Below are positions 12,901 through 21,400 of a stretch of DNA of 64,000 nt, one piece after another. The DNA comes from a virus, in IMG/VR virus record IMGVR_UViG_3300008119_000003, positions 1 to 64,000 of that record. One strand, given 5' to 3'. Within the stretch, counting starts at the first letter, position 1, and every line of letters starts with the position of its first letter. Made by a program: the position numbers and the translations under genes. Under the pieces are notes generated by a model, which was not told the origin of the DNA, searched no databases, and was given only the letters and a program-made list of their open reading frames with translations.

Positions 12901-15900
12901 TCATTAGCTTCTAAAAATAACATTACTCCGCTTCAAGCTCTTAATACATTACTTAAAGATGAGAACTGGTTAGATAAACCAATTAACCCTAATCAAGAAA
13001 TATACGCCAAAGCATTTGCTAAACTGGATAGTACTAAAGGAGATTCTAAATTATTTATACTTAGATCAGAACTAACTCCAGAATTATTAAATGAGCTTAC
13101 TCCTGATACTAAGGGTGGTCAACGTGTTAAAGGTGGCGAGTACTACGGAATTAAAATTCTTGGAGACTACTATTCTCATAACACGGTTAAGTCTAAAGAC
13201 GGAGAAAATCTAGATATTATAGTTGTAGATAAAGTAGAAGACGCTGAAAATCAGTATCAAGAATATCTAAAGGGCGGTGCTAAAAACTTTACAGGAGTTT
13301 CTGAAGTAGAACCTGTAGATAAAAATAGATTGTTCATAACAATGGTAGCTGCACGTATTCCTGTGCAAGGTCTTAACTCTATGGAGTTCATGGAGGTATT
13401 TGAATTCTTACCAGAAGAAGCAGGTAACATTGTAATTCTTCCAGCAGAGATCGTAGCTAAGTCAGGTGGTGACTTTGACATCGATAAGATGTTTACTATG
13501 ATGCCTAACATTTCAGCTAAGTATAAAAAGATTTCTGATAAGAGTATCAAAGCTATTAGCGAGCAATTTGGTAGTGATGTAACACGAGAAGAAATAGAAG
13601 ATCTAGAAGAGAAGTATGCTGACCTAGATAATGAAGAAGCATTTACTGATGATGAGATGAAGATTTTAAACTTAGTAGATGTTTTATCAGAGGAAGAGGT
13701 TACTGTTAAACTAGATAAGAATAGAAAATCAGTTAAAGGTATTGAGAATGCTTTAATTAAAGATACGATAGGAATTCTTTCGATGCCTGAAAACAGAATC
13801 AAACTGATTACCCCTAATGGTATTGACATCCTTAAAGGTATTGCTGAGGACATGGCTTATATAGATAGAGGTGAAGAACCTGGAACTAGTAAGTCGCCAA
13901 CAGAAATATTTGAACTAGGTCGTAACTTATACAAACACCAGTCTAATAGTATTGGTAAAGCTGTACTCGGTATCATTGCTGTAGCAAACACGTTTAATAC
14001 TTTGTTTGCACGCACAGGATTAATTATGAGCAGCGATCGTATCATCACTTATAAGAAAGATGGTACTCCTGTATATGCCGATCAAAACCTATACTTGCCT
14101 CATAATTCTATTGACGGTAACATATCTTTATCTTCTGCTTATTCTACCGACTTAAGTAACCGTGTAGCTGATATCATTAACCAAATGATTAACGGAGCGG
14201 TAGACGTTGCAAAGGATGCATGGATCTTTGATATACAAGGTAACAAAGAGGTTATACCTTCATTGTTATTCCTGATCCAAGCAGGCGTACCGATTGACCA
14301 AGCAGTCTATTTTGTATCACAGCCTATTATTAAAGACTTCTTAGGTAAGCAACGTTTACTTAAGAGTAAGTTTGCTGTACCTATTGGTCAGGAGGATGTA
14401 GGATTATTCCACAGAATAGAAGCTCGTAACCAAATTCTATTTAACGTAGAAAATGGATTTACACAAGATCCTAAAAAATACTTGAGTAGTCAGGTATTCG
14501 GAGATACAAATGTTTTCGATAAGGCCCTTGTATGGAATCTTTTGGAAGAATTTGCTCCTAACCTAGAAGATTATTCAAAAGAAGATCTTAAGAAAAATCT
14601 AAAGAAAAAAGAAGGAGAAGGTTACAACGAATTGGACAGAGCAGTATTTACTCAGTTCATCATGATCCAAGAGATGGCTGGTCAGATTACACAGCTTACA
14701 CAGGGTCTTAAATTTGATAACGATAAGACAAGTACATTGCTCGATGCTCGCATGAAGATAGAGAAAATGAGTACTCTTACAAACGGTATTAGTGCAGAAT
14801 CAATTAGAAGAATTGCAGAAGAATCACCTATCAGTGCATTTAAAATCCAAGACTTTATAATCGAGCGATACCATAATTTATTCCCATTACGCGATAGTGA
14901 AGAAGTAAATAACTTTGTTCAAGATCTATTCCGTAGACAAGGGGATGGTAAAAACAAATCATTTGCAATTAAAAAAGCAACTGGTATGGATGACGAGACT
15001 TTACAAAGAACATTGAGAAATGATCTTATGAGTTTCCTATTCCAAAGATCATACTATAAATTTAATTCTAATACCAACACGTATCAAGGTAAAGATGTAG
15101 AGGTTGAGATAGAAGAGTTAAAGAATTTAAAGGCTGCAGCTAGAGTAAAAGAAGGTAAACTGTATATAGATAAAAAACAGATTAACAGTTTGTTTAGCAC
15201 AAAGCAGTATAGTAAACAAAGCGCCTGGCAGTTTGCTGCTCCGGTAGATAATATAATCTTTGACATGTACGATCCCGTAACAGGTAAACAATTATTTACC
15301 AAGTTCGTATTTGAAAGAGAAGTATTAAGAAGCTATCCTGAGAATTCTAAAGAGAATATCAGCAAGACAAAAGACTATGCGAAATATGTTGAGCAGTATA
15401 AGGCACAGCCTGATGAAAAGTATACAGCTGAATATAAAGCTTACGAGTCTGTACTTAGAGATAAAGCATTAGGTAACTTAAATCTTCACGGTTATTTATT
15501 CTACGGAGATAAAGCATATGGTCGTCAGATCATGCAGCTTAAAGAAAGTAATCCTAGCTTATTTGAAAAGTATTCAGTACTTGCAAACTTAGAAGCTGTA
15601 ACCAAACCTTACACAACTACTACTCTTACTAATTTAAAGTTTGCTAATACTCTGTATACAGAAGATGATCTAAACATCTACCATAACAACTTACAGGATC
15701 TAGCTAACCCTAGCGTTATTAAGTCAGAAGATCCTGTGGAGAATGCAAGAATATCAGAGCTATTCCAAAAGTTTGGTTTGTTCTCTTTATTGCAGTCAGG
15801 TACAGATACAAGAAGTACTTTCTCTATGATTCGTGCAGTACCGACAGAAATGTCTATGGCTCTATTTGAAAAACCATATAAGCAGTTTACAGAAGAGTTA

Positions 15901-18417
15901 AAGTATGATGAGATTGAAAGTTTATTACGCGATTATCAAAATACATTTGTTACAAGCCAGTATGCAAGAAGTAACTATCTAAGTAAGAAAATTAAAAACT
16001 GGGCTACTAACCCATTACTTAAAGGTGCTGTTGATGCTAATGGTAATATTCCAGATAATGTAATTTACAATCTGGATCCAGAAGCTCTTCAAAAAGCTAT
16101 GGAAGCTGCTGCTGAAGCAGAGAAAGCTGCTGAAGAACAAGAGGCTAGAAATGTAATGATAAAAGGTATACCTGTTAACTTAACACAGCTTGGTATATCA
16201 TTTACACCAAACGATCAGCAAGTAGAAGCTCTTAACAATATTGCGGAATTTATCAGCAAAGGTTACGATATGACTACTGATGATGTTACTAATAACATGT
16301 ATACTCTTATGGGATATGCTGGTACTGGTAAAACAAGTATCACTAAAATCTTACTGGAATACCTAAGAAAAAGAAATATTACTTACAGTGTTACAGCTAC
16401 TACACATAAAGCTAAAGGAGTATTGTCTAAAGCTATTGGTATGCGTACCAAAACTATTCATAAGTCTTTAGCCTTAGCACCTAAAATAGATCCTACAAGA
16501 GTTAGCTTAAAGGACCTAGAGCTAAATGTTGTTGCCTCTGGTGAATTTCCTACAGATGTTTTAATCATCGATGAGTCATCTTTCATTGGACCTGATCTAT
16601 TTAATTTCATAAAACGAAGAGCTGAGAAGAACCAACAGCAGGTAATTTTTATTGGTGACCCAGCACAGCTTAAGCCTGTAGCCAAAGAGAAAAGAAATAG
16701 AGTTGTATTAAATAAAGAAAACTCTCCTGTATTTAGAGAGGTATCTAATAAATCTGAACTTACTCAAGTTGAACGTCAGGCTGGAGATAATCCTTTGGGT
16801 CCAATCTTAGATTCTATTCGTAACAACATGAAGGAATCGTTGCCAACATTCGGCTACAAGTCTAAAGTTATTGGTAATGAAGGAATAGTATTTACGTCGT
16901 CATCTAGAGAATTTGCTAAGGATGTTGTAAAAGCTTTCCAATCAGAGGAGTTTAGAAATAACAGAAACTTTGTTAGAGCTATAACCTATGAGAACAGTCG
17001 AGTTGAAAAGCTTAACACTGCTATACGTAGAGGACTTGGTTACACTGAGCCTTATGTGGTAGGAGAAATCATGATGGGTTACAGTAACTATAAAAAACAA
17101 ATGGGTACTGATGATTACGCTATTAATAATTCAGTAGACTACATTATAACAAATATTGAATACGTTCCAAGCAGAAATGTTGGAGAAAAAGCATTAAAAG
17201 AATCTGGCCTAAACTTACAACCAATGGTGATGTCAGGATATAATATTACTCTTCAGGATATATCCGATTCTAAGATTGAACCTGTTGAAGTATTTATGTT
17301 AGACAATAACAATAGCGAAGAACAGTTTAGAGAACTAGGCCGCCAAAGTGAAGCACTAGCAGCACTTGGTGAAAAGAGTACTAAATTGTTTAAGCACTGG
17401 TATAGATTTATGGAATCATTTGCTCTAAACAAAAATATAGTAGCAGATGAGATTGATCCAGAAACAGGAGAACCAAGAGTTGTTGTACTTAAAACTCTTG
17501 ACTACGGTTATGCTCATACTATTCACAAGTCACAAGGTTCTACGTATACAAACATATTTGTAGACTTAGATAATATTAATGTATCTCAAGACATAGAGGA
17601 AAGAAATCAAATGAAGTATGTTGCTCTTTCCAGAGCTACGAATATTGCCTATGCTCTTACAGAAAATGCAGAAGGAGATGCACCTCAGATTGACTTTAAC
17701 GGAGACTTCGTTAATAAAACAATAGTACCATCTGAAACTGATAAACTATATAAGACAGAGGCAGACATACAAACCTCTAAGCTTATGACTATCTTACAAG
17801 ACAACAGTACCGGAGTTAGAACATTTAAATATACGTTGGATGCTAAATCTGGTACAGCTGGTAAAGGAGTTCTTACTGAAGAGACTGCTAGAATGATTAG
17901 ACAAGATTATCCAAATGCTTTAATGGTATTCAATGACTTCACAGACCTGAAAGGAAATACTGCTGGAACAAACAGCGTATGGAGAGCATTAGGTTCTAAC
18001 GGTATCGGAATTTCTACTAAGGTGGGACCTTCTCCAACTAAGGTAGGATCAGATAAAATTAATATGTCTGAGGCATTGACTGATGAAACTCTAGATGATA
18101 ACAAGAAGTTAATTGACAAAGAAATTAAAGCTATCAAAGAAAAGCTTGCTGAGCCAGGTCCTCAAAAGTATCTAGTATTCGATGACTTTGGTTATGGTCA
18201 ATACATGATCGGGTATGTAGAGAATGCTCCAACGATCAGCAGACCTACTTTAAAAGGATCTGCCCCACAAACATTCTTGTATCTATCAGAACAATTATAT
18301 CGTAACTTTGGATACATTAATCCTCATTACTTATTACTTCCTCAAGGAAGAGCTGTTGTCCAAGAAGGTCAGCCTATTACAGATGATGAGATTATTGAAC
18401 AAAATAAAAAATGTTAA
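3970..18417 (+). CDS. Virion-packaged multidomain RNA polymerase (crAss/phi14:2 gp66-like) with fused SLOG-like, ASCH-like, 2OG-Fe(II) oxygenase, zincin, SF1B helicase and macro-like domains
   Basis: Catalytic GGDFDIDK at 13471-13485 preceded by RIPVQG; KRNAG, EGDGQGWI and STQLRKLI motifs; HEAWH at 8488-8502; Walker A GYAGTGKT at 16312-16335; TIHKSQGSTY and YVALSRA helicase motifs. Confidence 0.9.
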   Translation: MINCTLSNKQLRILRTKIAKDLLTYVDNNENFDLKDYLSKIYNQVNDATKNQNLALDYARVSLPFIKQLLGVDNTLENLPEQGLNIAELYKTTRLAGDDKNGFQVVVDYLGVTINPAKNLGEVKKDLEKEEDQEKAAKKNVDNRVVPTIYKETRKPYDPVSTSMQEVLSGKPESVRDPRMKIYSDITKMILDKIPLGGAKDFEGIEYPGVNGGIFVKMMRYNRIAVNDTFPHVKEVIESGVDQDYIIEDYNFAFVYVLTDKDGNELRFNDKGEVTKSGTLVYYNTRFLPKRGSNKLFDVDNVTNTQKPIEVAKNLGISIEEATEFLRSGFEELAKAYDYIRLKDGNSIMYSITGGSKGAIVDNNRKMVPFQTRIFRNEPLSFAFYAKDKLKPGDFSGVYVTGAQSNYPVLIAPRSISDSLATDLVEMLTKSVNKSDGQPLSNKEKVDILSTYILNSVKDIQYGVDKSNGAIYIKLEGQPLKLSSPEAADTLKNVFLKQPSGFDRKNIIALPLANSNKNVTVFSRNPNGTFSTESVPYMTYLEQNMDMNVELDEDGLLKRYNPYFNLMINLDSMGKVLLDNGNVDEKEETNNEKVARLRAEEQIEILKKIPNIDSYKVKGKIDSNLMPEDIKKIYQEIYDRYDAVITPILRDQIELEIMETLSKVQDVAAFTGARDLTPKEQTEQDRIIAEITKKYLGSSKKIAKPVTNTTENKPEEFVNHSGGAYGGDTLWDIIGRRFGVVEHRHYREASNRNLSKKLRDFGVSATVLTKEQMDTARQEIKDLINKDYPDTVEGNLQVRNYYQVANADSVFAVAPILRVHKDTRGTVVKKIKAVTGGTNTAVQLAIALNKPVYIWDAGSKSYEGTGRWYTYDYSVEQFVPTDTPTLTKNFAGVGTRDVEDYDVKDRFDQWGPRFQYVGKDIELEAIQAITDVYEKTFGSKPEVDPFVKADALPPIEQNFEDGEGGRTMQPQFKGKSAMDLIISGDRTRTTRANTDITRMLKDYNLPSITALKGMIVRMVDRNGRQVYARITDVSRFNKTYQLDTWQKEGWDEATTDKLLGKYPYAIEFEVVKDPGQKTATEVKTVSEDYGVVQAETNPTESEKQADIDLIKPHIQRQAFKENVGKYANEMFHYSLRWGRKNYNFFVLKDGKYVKSTIADEGSQLYSKDRNGNYVKSNRKDKAAYNNGLINPLDIDSFAGKGDMYGYDLVDQNGDPLPSISELQPIIDKIESALGISMRNYDSVIGNIYLPGEYVYPHKDTSESKSARKYPVIVYSIGNDAGLGIVDNNEGKMTFANEYDAKWLPAGEKLKGYTNEVLTKHGSIYTFGMGGKGRFELTHSTPINSKKDTPQSPITLPNGKVVTNYTITLTFRRAADLAEGMADSPTTSDKVSAVEKKAAEVVQKVEPQQIFRRGRSSADSNILDNLMNDDDFIDKNGKNKLGIQGNIKATREQIALAKTWYENSPLSKHIPFKVMFNAINTATKNGIARWDVNGITLFKGSDYSDLYHEAWHGFTQMFLTKEERDKLYNEARLNKGSFVAFDGSTVTFGAATDEQIEEYLAEDFREYMLGKGKKVLDKTPVKKNIFQKIFEFLKALFGKTNADDVITNGNNNSYTNELYEKLRVGDLNQFTFNQANRVFTTLNKVVTTTTPKDNTTPAKLGYEASALIGSTVDALFVEAIAKLNGGKTHVFTTAAIRTVKGRTTVYKYVLQELTKQLENVYLDKLDMEAKGLDTQDINYELDTLSYAVKHFGKPDEVLKPTGVMKYHMETSKFMEFDDRQIVELNKIDDSKLTIKNEFESKSGNEMSGKEKASPILLYTIRGLYAYDTDGSVKTNRLGFPKLMDPNAAWNRIYNITDGARNIQDVYNRLSEAAVDYPAIAQFLEKVGPPTNMETSSQQLWTDITNVLTMKRIPLMAVRTTFSSEFVEAVDPETGEVLMEGNKPIKETVTTFKVTPTRAGGEYSKVGAKWDNYFAVAAPNQYITVGADNVNTLNIQAVAENFDRTLSINKLDTVFEFMEAIGMPLENNSTVRKALANKNNPTFKAIYDLHTTILYGIYPYNNMYAGANPIVIKKPSDLVKEYKVNIDDFKVANKLSGISIKYNTIQNFHLTWSDDFSDTTVSNAEGENQYEKSLRGTLMNQIDSINTADTITELTQEGVSNAEDLSMNHLAKSRNPFMKTSKFMRRLFDENGKKIVYESAWGDRVRSQIELLNMSGTSVEITNVRGLINESGIASANADETTKILQDFYMMMLYGVSEATRHADKSTTYLFRLVATDPKDEKGKVLKHLIDLSSFTQRSNPDAPSAGRIEFTKDLVKHLCAEYERIQKLKDGDPAGVAVVGDKTYAEKGSEFVIFDKILDTDTKTKIKKARTSSLSEPVLTAEDLYKYLNDPKRVDLKNSIEQQIGTYLTSQVKEFEESLTEMGFYNNPQLYSQVLNKMGVRNPESITEERRSQLLKDMAEAYVANAWSQNLEVTLLFYGDPALYPGEADFFKRNAGLGATGTIPRTDIYMQQYVNAKLAANSEAARLGFKPKKFGKTMTSAVMEDAKTQSVYYDEYLKEAIEFETERLTKLKASEEQIEKTVKAITKRFGEYKKMTEGDGQGWINFDAYRALLMSLNKWTNTQESIYNKIVNREEVTEDILQFFPVKKMQYWGPLKTDGLPVYGFHKFSLMPLIPNIIQGKNLQSLQSKMLEQGIDYALLKSGSKINTLTKDGAVDKFYKNSKSNTDKTLAIEEEGFEFTPNEIFMDYFKDQLEVHDHFNNKVTFSTQLRKLIEDGLMENGVPTDWKPFDFSDPWQRIQAWEAASDSEKMSSKNYKKLIRYEANLEALVQLKKDKLVKEIGSDMKSLLDFVKKELTRQELSDHEINFIDYDGITKEPKQSLDLSLSADKIEKLLVSVVQKRLINQKITGETLVQVSGVGFENANNNMRNATEEEIKKYGTNAGLPFYRKKPDGSTSAMKVKIALQGGFKKLLYHPDVTSLASKNNITPLQALNTLLKDENWLDKPINPNQEIYAKAFAKLDSTKGDSKLFILRSELTPELLNELTPDTKGGQRVKGGEYYGIKILGDYYSHNTVKSKDGENLDIIVVDKVEDAENQYQEYLKGGAKNFTGVSEVEPVDKNRLFITMVAARIPVQGLNSMEFMEVFEFLPEEAGNIVILPAEIVAKSGGDFDIDKMFTMMPNISAKYKKISDKSIKAISEQFGSDVTREEIEDLEEKYADLDNEEAFTDDEMKILNLVDVLSEEEVTVKLDKNRKSVKGIENALIKDTIGILSMPENRIKLITPNGIDILKGIAEDMAYIDRGEEPGTSKSPTEIFELGRNLYKHQSNSIGKAVLGIIAVANTFNTLFARTGLIMSSDRIITYKKDGTPVYADQNLYLPHNSIDGNISLSSAYSTDLSNRVADIINQMINGAVDVAKDAWIFDIQGNKEVIPSLLFLIQAGVPIDQAVYFVSQPIIKDFLGKQRLLKSKFAVPIGQEDVGLFHRIEARNQILFNVENGFTQDPKKYLSSQVFGDTNVFDKALVWNLLEEFAPNLEDYSKEDLKKNLKKKEGEGYNELDRAVFTQFIMIQEMAGQITQLTQGLKFDNDKTSTLLDARMKIEKMSTLTNGISAESIRRIAEESPISAFKIQDFIIERYHNLFPLRDSEEVNNFVQDLFRRQGDGKNKSFAIKKATGMDDETLQRTLRNDLMSFLFQRSYYKFNSNTNTYQGKDVEVEIEELKNLKAAARVKEGKLYIDKKQINSLFSTKQYSKQSAWQFAAPVDNIIFDMYDPVTGKQLFTKFVFEREVLRSYPENSKENISKTKDYAKYVEQYKAQPDEKYTAEYKAYESVLRDKALGNLNLHGYLFYGDKAYGRQIMQLKESNPSLFEKYSVLANLEAVTKPYTTTTLTNLKFANTLYTEDDLNIYHNNLQDLANPSVIKSEDPVENARISELFQKFGLFSLLQSGTDTRSTFSMIRAVPTEMSMALFEKPYKQFTEELKYDEIESLLRDYQNTFVTSQYARSNYLSKKIKNWATNPLLKGAVDANGNIPDNVIYNLDPEALQKAMEAAAEAEKAAEEQEARNVMIKGIPVNLTQLGISFTPNDQQVEALNNIAEFISKGYDMTTDDVTNNMYTLMGYAGTGKTSITKILLEYLRKRNITYSVTATTHKAKGVLSKAIGMRTKTIHKSLALAPKIDPTRVSLKDLELNVVASGEFPTDVLIIDESSFIGPDLFNFIKRRAEKNQQQVIFIGDPAQLKPVAKEKRNRVVLNKENSPVFREVSNKSELTQVERQAGDNPLGPILDSIRNNMKESLPTFGYKSKVIGNEGIVFTSSSREFAKDVVKAFQSEEFRNNRNFVRAITYENSRVEKLNTAIRRGLGYTEPYVVGEIMMGYSNYKKQMGTDDYAINNSVDYIITNIEYVPSRNVGEKALKESGLNLQPMVMSGYNITLQDISDSKIEPVEVFMLDNNNSEEQFRELGRQSEALAALGEKSTKLFKHWYRFMESFALNKNIVADEIDPETGEPRVVVLKTLDYGYAHTIHKSQGSTYTNIFVDLDNINVSQDIEERNQMKYVALSRATNIAYALTENAEGDAPQIDFNGDFVNKTIVPSETDKLYKTEADIQTSKLMTILQDNSTGVRTFKYTLDAKSGTAGKGVLTEETARMIRQDYPNALMVFNDFTDLKGNTAGTNSVWRALGSNGIGISTKVGPSPTKVGSDKINMSEALTDETLDDNKKLIDKEIKAIKEKLAEPGPQKYLVFDDFGYGQYMIGYVENAPTISRPTLKGSAPQTFLYLSEQLYRNFGYINPHYLLLPQGRAVVQEGQPITDDEIIEQNKKC

Positions 18418-18428
18418 ACTAAGTAAAG

Positions 18429-21400
18429 ATGAGCGTTTGTCCATTACCAAATTCACTAAACGAATTAACCGAATATGCTAAGCAGATAGGCTTAGGTCCA
18501 AGAGCTTCTACGGAAGTTCTTCGGGCTTTTATGCAGAAGAATAGAAATCTTCCTATGGGAGCAGAACCTATTGTTCCGACTAACGAAGAGTTCAAAGCTT
18601 TAATGGATAATATGGACGTATGGAATACTGAGGGCAGACAAGTAATTATGCCCGATCTATACGCAGGTTTTGGAGATAACATGAATGCTTTTCCAGAGTA
18701 TAGTGTTTTAGTAAATCCTATAAAACTTGATGCACAATCTCAAGCTAATTTAAAAGCAGCTGCTACGGTAACTGTATTAGCACAAAAACTTAGTAGTAAC
18801 TTAGGTGTACCTTACCAGTTTATAACCCCGGCAGAAGCTGCAGAATTGACAAAAAATGTCAATACTTGGAAGGGACAATCAGCATTCTTCTTCGGAGGAG
18901 TTGTGTACATGATACCAGAATTAGTCACAGAGAAGTCTGTGCTACACGAATTTGCTCACCCCCTTATACGTGCTATAAGAATCAGCAATCCTACTTTGTT
19001 TACTAAACTAACAAATGAACTTAAGAATAGTCCAAACGGTACAAGACTGCTAGCTGAAGCTAGAGAAGAGTATTCTGATTTAACAGCAGACGATCCTATT
19101 ATTTTAGAAGAGGCTTTAGTAAAATCATTAACTGCTCAGGCTGTAGATAAAACTGATTCAGCATTTAATAAATTCATTAAGAATTTCTTATTTGCATTAC
19201 GTCAGATACTAAGAAAGGTATTCGGCGATATGCCACAAAAAGTTAAAGTAGAAAACCTAGATCAGAATACTACACTTGCTGAGCTAGGAGACATGTTAAT
19301 ATTAGAACAGTTCGACATAAATCTAGAGGGTGTTAGCCAAGAAGATGTAGCCGCTTATATTAATGATGTTAATGAATATGTAAAAGCATTACAAGACTTT
19401 AACAAGAACGATCTGCAGCAAAGCACAAACCTTTTCTTTGAGATGGTTAAAAAACAAATCAATCTTTTAGAAAAGAATAAGGACTACGACGGGATGAAAA
19501 AGATCCTAAAGGATGCATTCGACAGACCTGACCTAGAACAACTCTTTGCTAACTTAGCACCTTACCAAGATATATCTTCTTTCCTTACTAACGAAATGAG
19601 TAAGTTAAAAAGAGATGCAGAGTTTGCAAGAAAACATACAGAGGCTTTTGTAAATAGTTTGATCCGCACTAAGTACATGATAAACCGTTTAAACAAAGAG
19701 CTTGTTCGTTTAGTAAAGGATCCTAACTCTAAATCAAACGTAGCAACTGTATTCTATTATAACAACATCATCAATTACTGGGAGAATTTCCTAGATGATT
19801 TTCAAAAGAAGCTTACGGATGTTGAGAACGGCGTTGATTCAAGCAATCCTATATTTGAATTAATGGGATCTATTGCCAGCGAAATATCAATTGCCCGAAC
19901 TAATACTAGTAAAATTTATTTTGCAGGAACATCTGAGATTATCAAAGAGACTCTTGGACCAATGCAAGAAAGAATCGATCAGAGATTTAAAGATCTGATG
20001 GATGACTTAAAGAAAAGAGGAGCATCTCAAGAGATAATGGAGTTACGTCAAAAAGATTATTGGGGATTATCAGGAGATAACCTTAGAACTTTCTTGTCGT
20101 TAAAACAAAGAGTAGAGGCCGGAGAAAACCTATCAGGTTCTGAGAATGAAGTATACGAAAGACTTAGAGATATAAGCTATAAGGAAGGAGCATACTTAAC
20201 TGAACAGAAAATAGAATTTTTAATGCTAGGTCGTTTAGGAGACGCTCATGCTCTTAACTCTTTCCTAGAAGGTTTTATATATAACCAAGACCCTGTAGTA
20301 TTTGGATTTGCAACATTTGTCAAGAACAGAATGACCGATGTATTCACAACTGCTCAGCAAAAGGGTAATGCATTTTTAACTAATGTAAAGCCATTACTAG
20401 AGGCAGCAGGCTATAACCAATCTAACCCTGCAGAGTTTGGTAGGAGAGCTACGTTCTTAGACAAGAAGGGAGGTACAAATAAAGATACCGGAGTATTTGA
20501 AGGAAAGGAAGTACATACTCTCCTTAATCCATTCAAAGGTTATAGAGCTGACGTTGCTAAAATGCGAGACGAGATTCGTGCTGCAGAAATAGTAGCAGCA
20601 CAGACAGGTAATACTGATGAAGTACTAGCACTTAAGTTAAAGAAACAAAAGTTTGAAAGAGAGTACTTCCATACAGATTTTACAAAAGAATATTACGAAC
20701 GTTACGAAGTTTTCCGAAAAGGAGATAACGATATTATAGGTGCTAAGGCTGAGATGGCAAGACAAGAAATACTTGCTAAGATTCAGAATCTTACTACAGG
20801 TATGGGTAACCAAACCACATTAGAAAGACTTGATGCCGCAGAAGAACTAGATACATTATGGAGACAGTATCGTCAATTACATTCTAACTATTTACCAAGC
20901 GGTGAATTAAAAAGAAAAGAAGACCTAGAGATAGCCGAGCGACTAAGAGAGTTCCGAGCAATATCTCGTGAATTATATAGAGAGGAATTACTTCCAGATC
21001 TATTTACTAATTCGTTAGCTGCTCACGAACAGTTTCTTATTGACAGAAAGTATGAGAAAAACAGTCCTGCATTCAATCGTCTACGTGAGAAATGGATAAT
21101 GCAGAATACTAGAATTAAAATAAAAGATTCTTTCTACGAGAAACAAAAACAAATTCTAGATGAAATAAAAGCTATTACGGCAAAGCTTCCTAAAGATTCT
21201 CAAATAGAAGCTACTATAAGTGAACTATACGAAAAACTTAGTCAGCTTATGAGCCCATATCGTGATGATGATATGCAGCCAGAAGCTACAGCAATGGACA
21301 TTAGAAACATTGCTGAGATTAAAAGAGTAGAACAGTTACTTGATCTAGCTAAAAAGAATGTAGCAAAAGCATCTGGTCTAACTGCAAATGAGCATGAGAT

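Noticed and set aside
12971-13323. Intein or group I intron in the RNAP
   Set aside because: The frame is uninterrupted, with no Cys/Ser start plus HN end and no homing-endonuclease motif.
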